The notes under the pieces are model-generated. The model was not told where the DNA came from. It made no database searches and worked only from the letters and a program-made list of their open reading frames with translations. From assembly GCA_019310535.1 (NCBI GenBank), contig JAFDED010000009.1, positions 65,621-129,620 on the forward strand: 64,000 bases of DNA, given 5' to 3'. Positions 61,773-64,000 of the stretch are shown here, one piece after another (within the stretch, counting starts at the first letter, position 1; the number at the start of each line of letters is the position of its first letter). Origin of the DNA: Deltaproteobacteria bacterium. GTDB lineage: Bacteria; Desulfobacterota; JAFDED01. The position numbers were made by a program, and so were the translations under genes.

Positions 61773-64000
61773 ATGAATCAAATCGCATCACAATATGACC
61801 CCAGGGCCGTTGAGGAGGGGAAATACGCTTTTTGGGAGAGCAGTGGATTCTTCTCCCCCACAGATCACCCGGACCGGAAGAATTTTTCCATCGTCATACC
61901 GCCTCCCAACGTGACGGGTGTGCTCCACATGGGTCATGCGCTGAACAACACTCTGCAGGACGTACTGGTGCGCTGGCGCCGGATGGCGGGAGACAACGTG
62001 CTCTGGGTACCGGGGACCGACCACGCGGGCATCGCCACCCAGGTGGTGGTGGAGCGGGAGCTGGCCAGGGAGGGACTGACCAAGGAGGCGCTGGGGCGGG
62101 AGAAGTTCCTTGAGCGCGTATGGCAGTGGCGGCGGGAGTCAGGGGACACCATCCTGGTGCAGCTCAAAAGCCTGGGGTGCTCCTGCGCGTGGGATTATCT
62201 CTGCTTCACCATGGATGAGAAGTTGAGCCGGGCCGTGCTGGAAACGTTCATCCAGTTGTACGAGGAGGGACTGATCTACCGCGACAAGTATCTGGTCAAC
62301 TGGTGTCCCAGGTGCCAGACGGCTCTCAGCGACCTGGAATCGCCCGGCAAGGAGACCGCCGGAGCGTTTTATACGATCCGCTACCCCCTGGAAGAAGACG
62401 GGCATCTGGATATCGCCACCACGCGGCCCGAGACCATGCTGGGTGATACAGCCGTGGCTGTCCATCCCGAGGACGAGCGCTACCGGCACCTGGTGGGCAG
62501 GAGGGCCGTTCTCCCCCTGGTGGGGAGGAAGCTTCCCATCATCGCCGAAGCTTACGTTGATCCCACATTCGGAACCGGATGCCTCAAAGTTACGCCGGCG
62601 CACGACCTGAACGACTACCGCATCGGGCTTCGCCACGGACTGGAGCAGGTCAATATCCTGACCCCAGACGGCCGGATCAATGAGAACGGCCTCCAGTTCG
62701 CCGGCCTGACAGTGGAGGAAGGCCGCAAGAAGGTGGTGGAGGAGTTGAAGGAAAAGGGCCACCTCATCAAGATCGAGCCATACCGGCACAGCGTGCCGCA
62801 CTGCTTCCGCTGCGGGACCATGGCGGAGCCGTACCTGTCCACCCAGTGGTTTGTGCGCACAAAGCAGCTTGCCGAGCCGGCCATCAAGGCCGTGCGCGAG
62901 GGGCGCACGCGCATCGTACCGAAACAGTACGAGAACTGGTACCTTGACTGGATGGAAAACATCATGGACTGGTGCATCTCGCGCCAAATCTGGTGGGGCC
63001 ACCGCATCCCGGCATGGTATTGCCAGGCGTGCGACGAACTCCATGTGGGCCGCAGGGCTCCCACCGCCTGCGCAAAGTGCGGCGACAGCGAATTCCGCGA
63101 GGAGACCGATGTGCTGGACACCTGGTACAGCTCGGCCCTCTGGCCCTTCTCCACCATGGGGTGGCCCGACCGGACCGCGGAGCTGGAGCGGTTCTATCCC
63201 ACCGGCGTGCTGGCGACCGCGTTCGATATCATCAACTTCTGGGTTGCGCGGATGATGATGATGGGGCTCCACTTTATGAAGGACGTGCCGTTTCACGATG
63301 TTTACATCCACGGGCTGATCCGCGATGCCATGCGCCGGAAGATCAGCAAAACCCTGGGCAACGTTATCGATCCCGTGGATCTCATGGAGAAGTACGGCAC
63401 GGATGCCCTGAGGTTCACCCTTACGGCCCTGTGTGTCCAGGGACGGGATATCGCCCTGCGGGACGAAGTGCTGGAGGGTTACAAGCACTTCATGAACAAG
63501 ATATGGAACGCATCCCGCCTTGTTCTGTCGAACATGGAAGGGCTGGACCTCTCCGGCCCGGATATCGACAAAGGGGAGCTCTCCCTGGAGGATACATGGA
63601 TCCTGGGGAGGTTGAGCGAATTGACCAGTTCCACCCAGAAAGCGCTGGAGGAGTTTCGGTTCAACGATTATGCCCTGGATCTCTATCACTTTTTCTGGCA
63701 CGAGTACTGCGACTGGTACCTGGAGGCCAAGAAGCTGGACTTTTATTCCAGCGATGCGGCGCGCAAGCGCCGAGGCTCTCTTCTGGCCGGATACGTGCTG
63801 GAAATTCTGCTCCGGCTGCTCCACCCGGCGATTCCCTTCATCACCGAGGAGATCTGGCAGCGCCTGACACAGGGCCGCTCGGGCGCCAGCATCATGGTGG
63901 CCCCATGGCCGGAGGCGCCTTCCCGCCCTGTGGTTCAGGAAGAGATCGGGGGGTTTGAGTTCATCAAGGAGATCATCTCCGCTGTTCGCAACATGAAGTC
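61773..64000 (+). CDS. valS: Valine--tRNA ligase (5' partial; runs off the window end)
   Basis: Not in the ORF track because there is no stop in the window. Hand translation gives MNQIASQYDPRAVEEGKYAFWE...PPPNVTGVLHMGHALNN (HIGH), TTRPETMLGDTAVAVHPEDERY, GTGCLKVTPAHDLND and KISKTLGN (KMSKS-type). AGGAG SD before the ATG at 61773. Confidence 0.95.
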   Translation, partial: MNQIASQYDPRAVEEGKYAFWESSGFFSPTDHPDRKNFSIVIPPPNVTGVLHMGHALNNTLQDVLVRWRRMAGDNVLWVPGTDHAGIATQVVVERELAREGLTKEALGREKFLERVWQWRRESGDTILVQLKSLGCSCAWDYLCFTMDEKLSRAVLETFIQLYEEGLIYRDKYLVNWCPRCQTALSDLESPGKETAGAFYTIRYPLEEDGHLDIATTRPETMLGDTAVAVHPEDERYRHLVGRRAVLPLVGRKLPIIAEAYVDPTFGTGCLKVTPAHDLNDYRIGLRHGLEQVNILTPDGRINENGLQFAGLTVEEGRKKVVEELKEKGHLIKIEPYRHSVPHCFRCGTMAEPYLSTQWFVRTKQLAEPAIKAVREGRTRIVPKQYENWYLDWMENIMDWCISRQIWWGHRIPAWYCQACDELHVGRRAPTACAKCGDSEFREETDVLDTWYSSALWPFSTMGWPDRTAELERFYPTGVLATAFDIINFWVARMMMMGLHFMKDVPFHDVYIHGLIRDAMRRKISKTLGNVIDPVDLMEKYGTDALRFTLTALCVQGRDIALRDEVLEGYKHFMNKIWNASRLVLSNMEGLDLSGPDIDKGELSLEDTWILGRLSELTSSTQKALEEFRFNDYALDLYHFFWHEYCDWYLEAKKLDFYSSDAARKRRGSLLAGYVLEILLRLLHPAIPFITEEIWQRLTQGRSGASIMVAPWPEAPSRPVVQEEIGGFEFIKEIISAVRNMK

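Noticed and set aside
63696-63710. Sigma-54-like motif TGGCACGAGTACTGC with correct GG/GC spacing.
   Set aside because: It lies in the middle of the valS coding sequence (encoding FFWHEYCDWY) with no downstream gene start. It is most likely a chance match.

Overview
This 64-kb window is a GC-rich bacterial chromosome segment interrupted by several visibly AT-rich accessory blocks. Gene content suggests an anaerobic Desulfobacterota-type organism, but that is a weak inference. All family calls come from motif recognition by eye; nothing was searched.

Gene content, in order:
- DUF169 / DUF2848 / NadB-FrdA-like flavoprotein trio (259-3633).
- An integrase-less Prim-Pol island (about 3640-6330).
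- A catabolic-looking locus: two cupins, TRAP transporter DctPQM, a GatC-like 62-aa ORF and an amidase (6540-12432).
- A mosaic glycoconjugate locus (12590-22684): UDP-GlcA-epimerase-like SDR, an internal relic of ugd, an SQD1/SqdB-type UDP-sulfoquinovose synthase, a GT-C-like 732-aa membrane protein, a flippase, a GT2, and three Trm112-domain methyltransferase paralogs. One paralog carries a clean in-frame 591-bp deletion.
- dusB and a DUF433/DUF5615 toxin-antitoxin-like pair.
- A second, AT-rich TRAP operon bracketed by ISL3/IS3 relics (25372-29746).
- MFS transporter, a cupredoxin, cobB, a RidA-family gene, alkA, ogt, an SDR and an M23 peptidase.
- NMT1-like binding protein, UPF0104 membrane protein, and a URO-D::cobalamin-binding fusion.
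- A Rep-like wHTH gene, a hybrid histidine kinase, fbp and a GNAT.
- Two large secreted paralogs flanking a sigma-54 enhancer-binding protein and ccsB/ccsA.
- ACT, VOC and adenylosuccinate-lyase-family genes, a decayed hicA, and the 5' part of valS, which runs off the window and is absent from the ORF track.

The most interesting unexplained structures:
1. A near-consensus sigma-54 promoter in front of a small secreted-protein gene. A 10x heptad array lies upstream of it, and an inverted copy of the same GAAAGGATCAAGG motif lies on the far side of the adjacent EBP gene.
2. The two large secreted paralogs of unknown function in that same neighbourhood.
3. A roughly 140-aa domain shared by a cupredoxin and an M23 peptidase.
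4. UDP-sulfoquinovose synthase linked to a GT2/flippase/GT-C module rather than to a lipid glycosyltransferase.
5. Several interspersed intergenic repeat families.

I could not demonstrate a complete new system. These are candidates to test.
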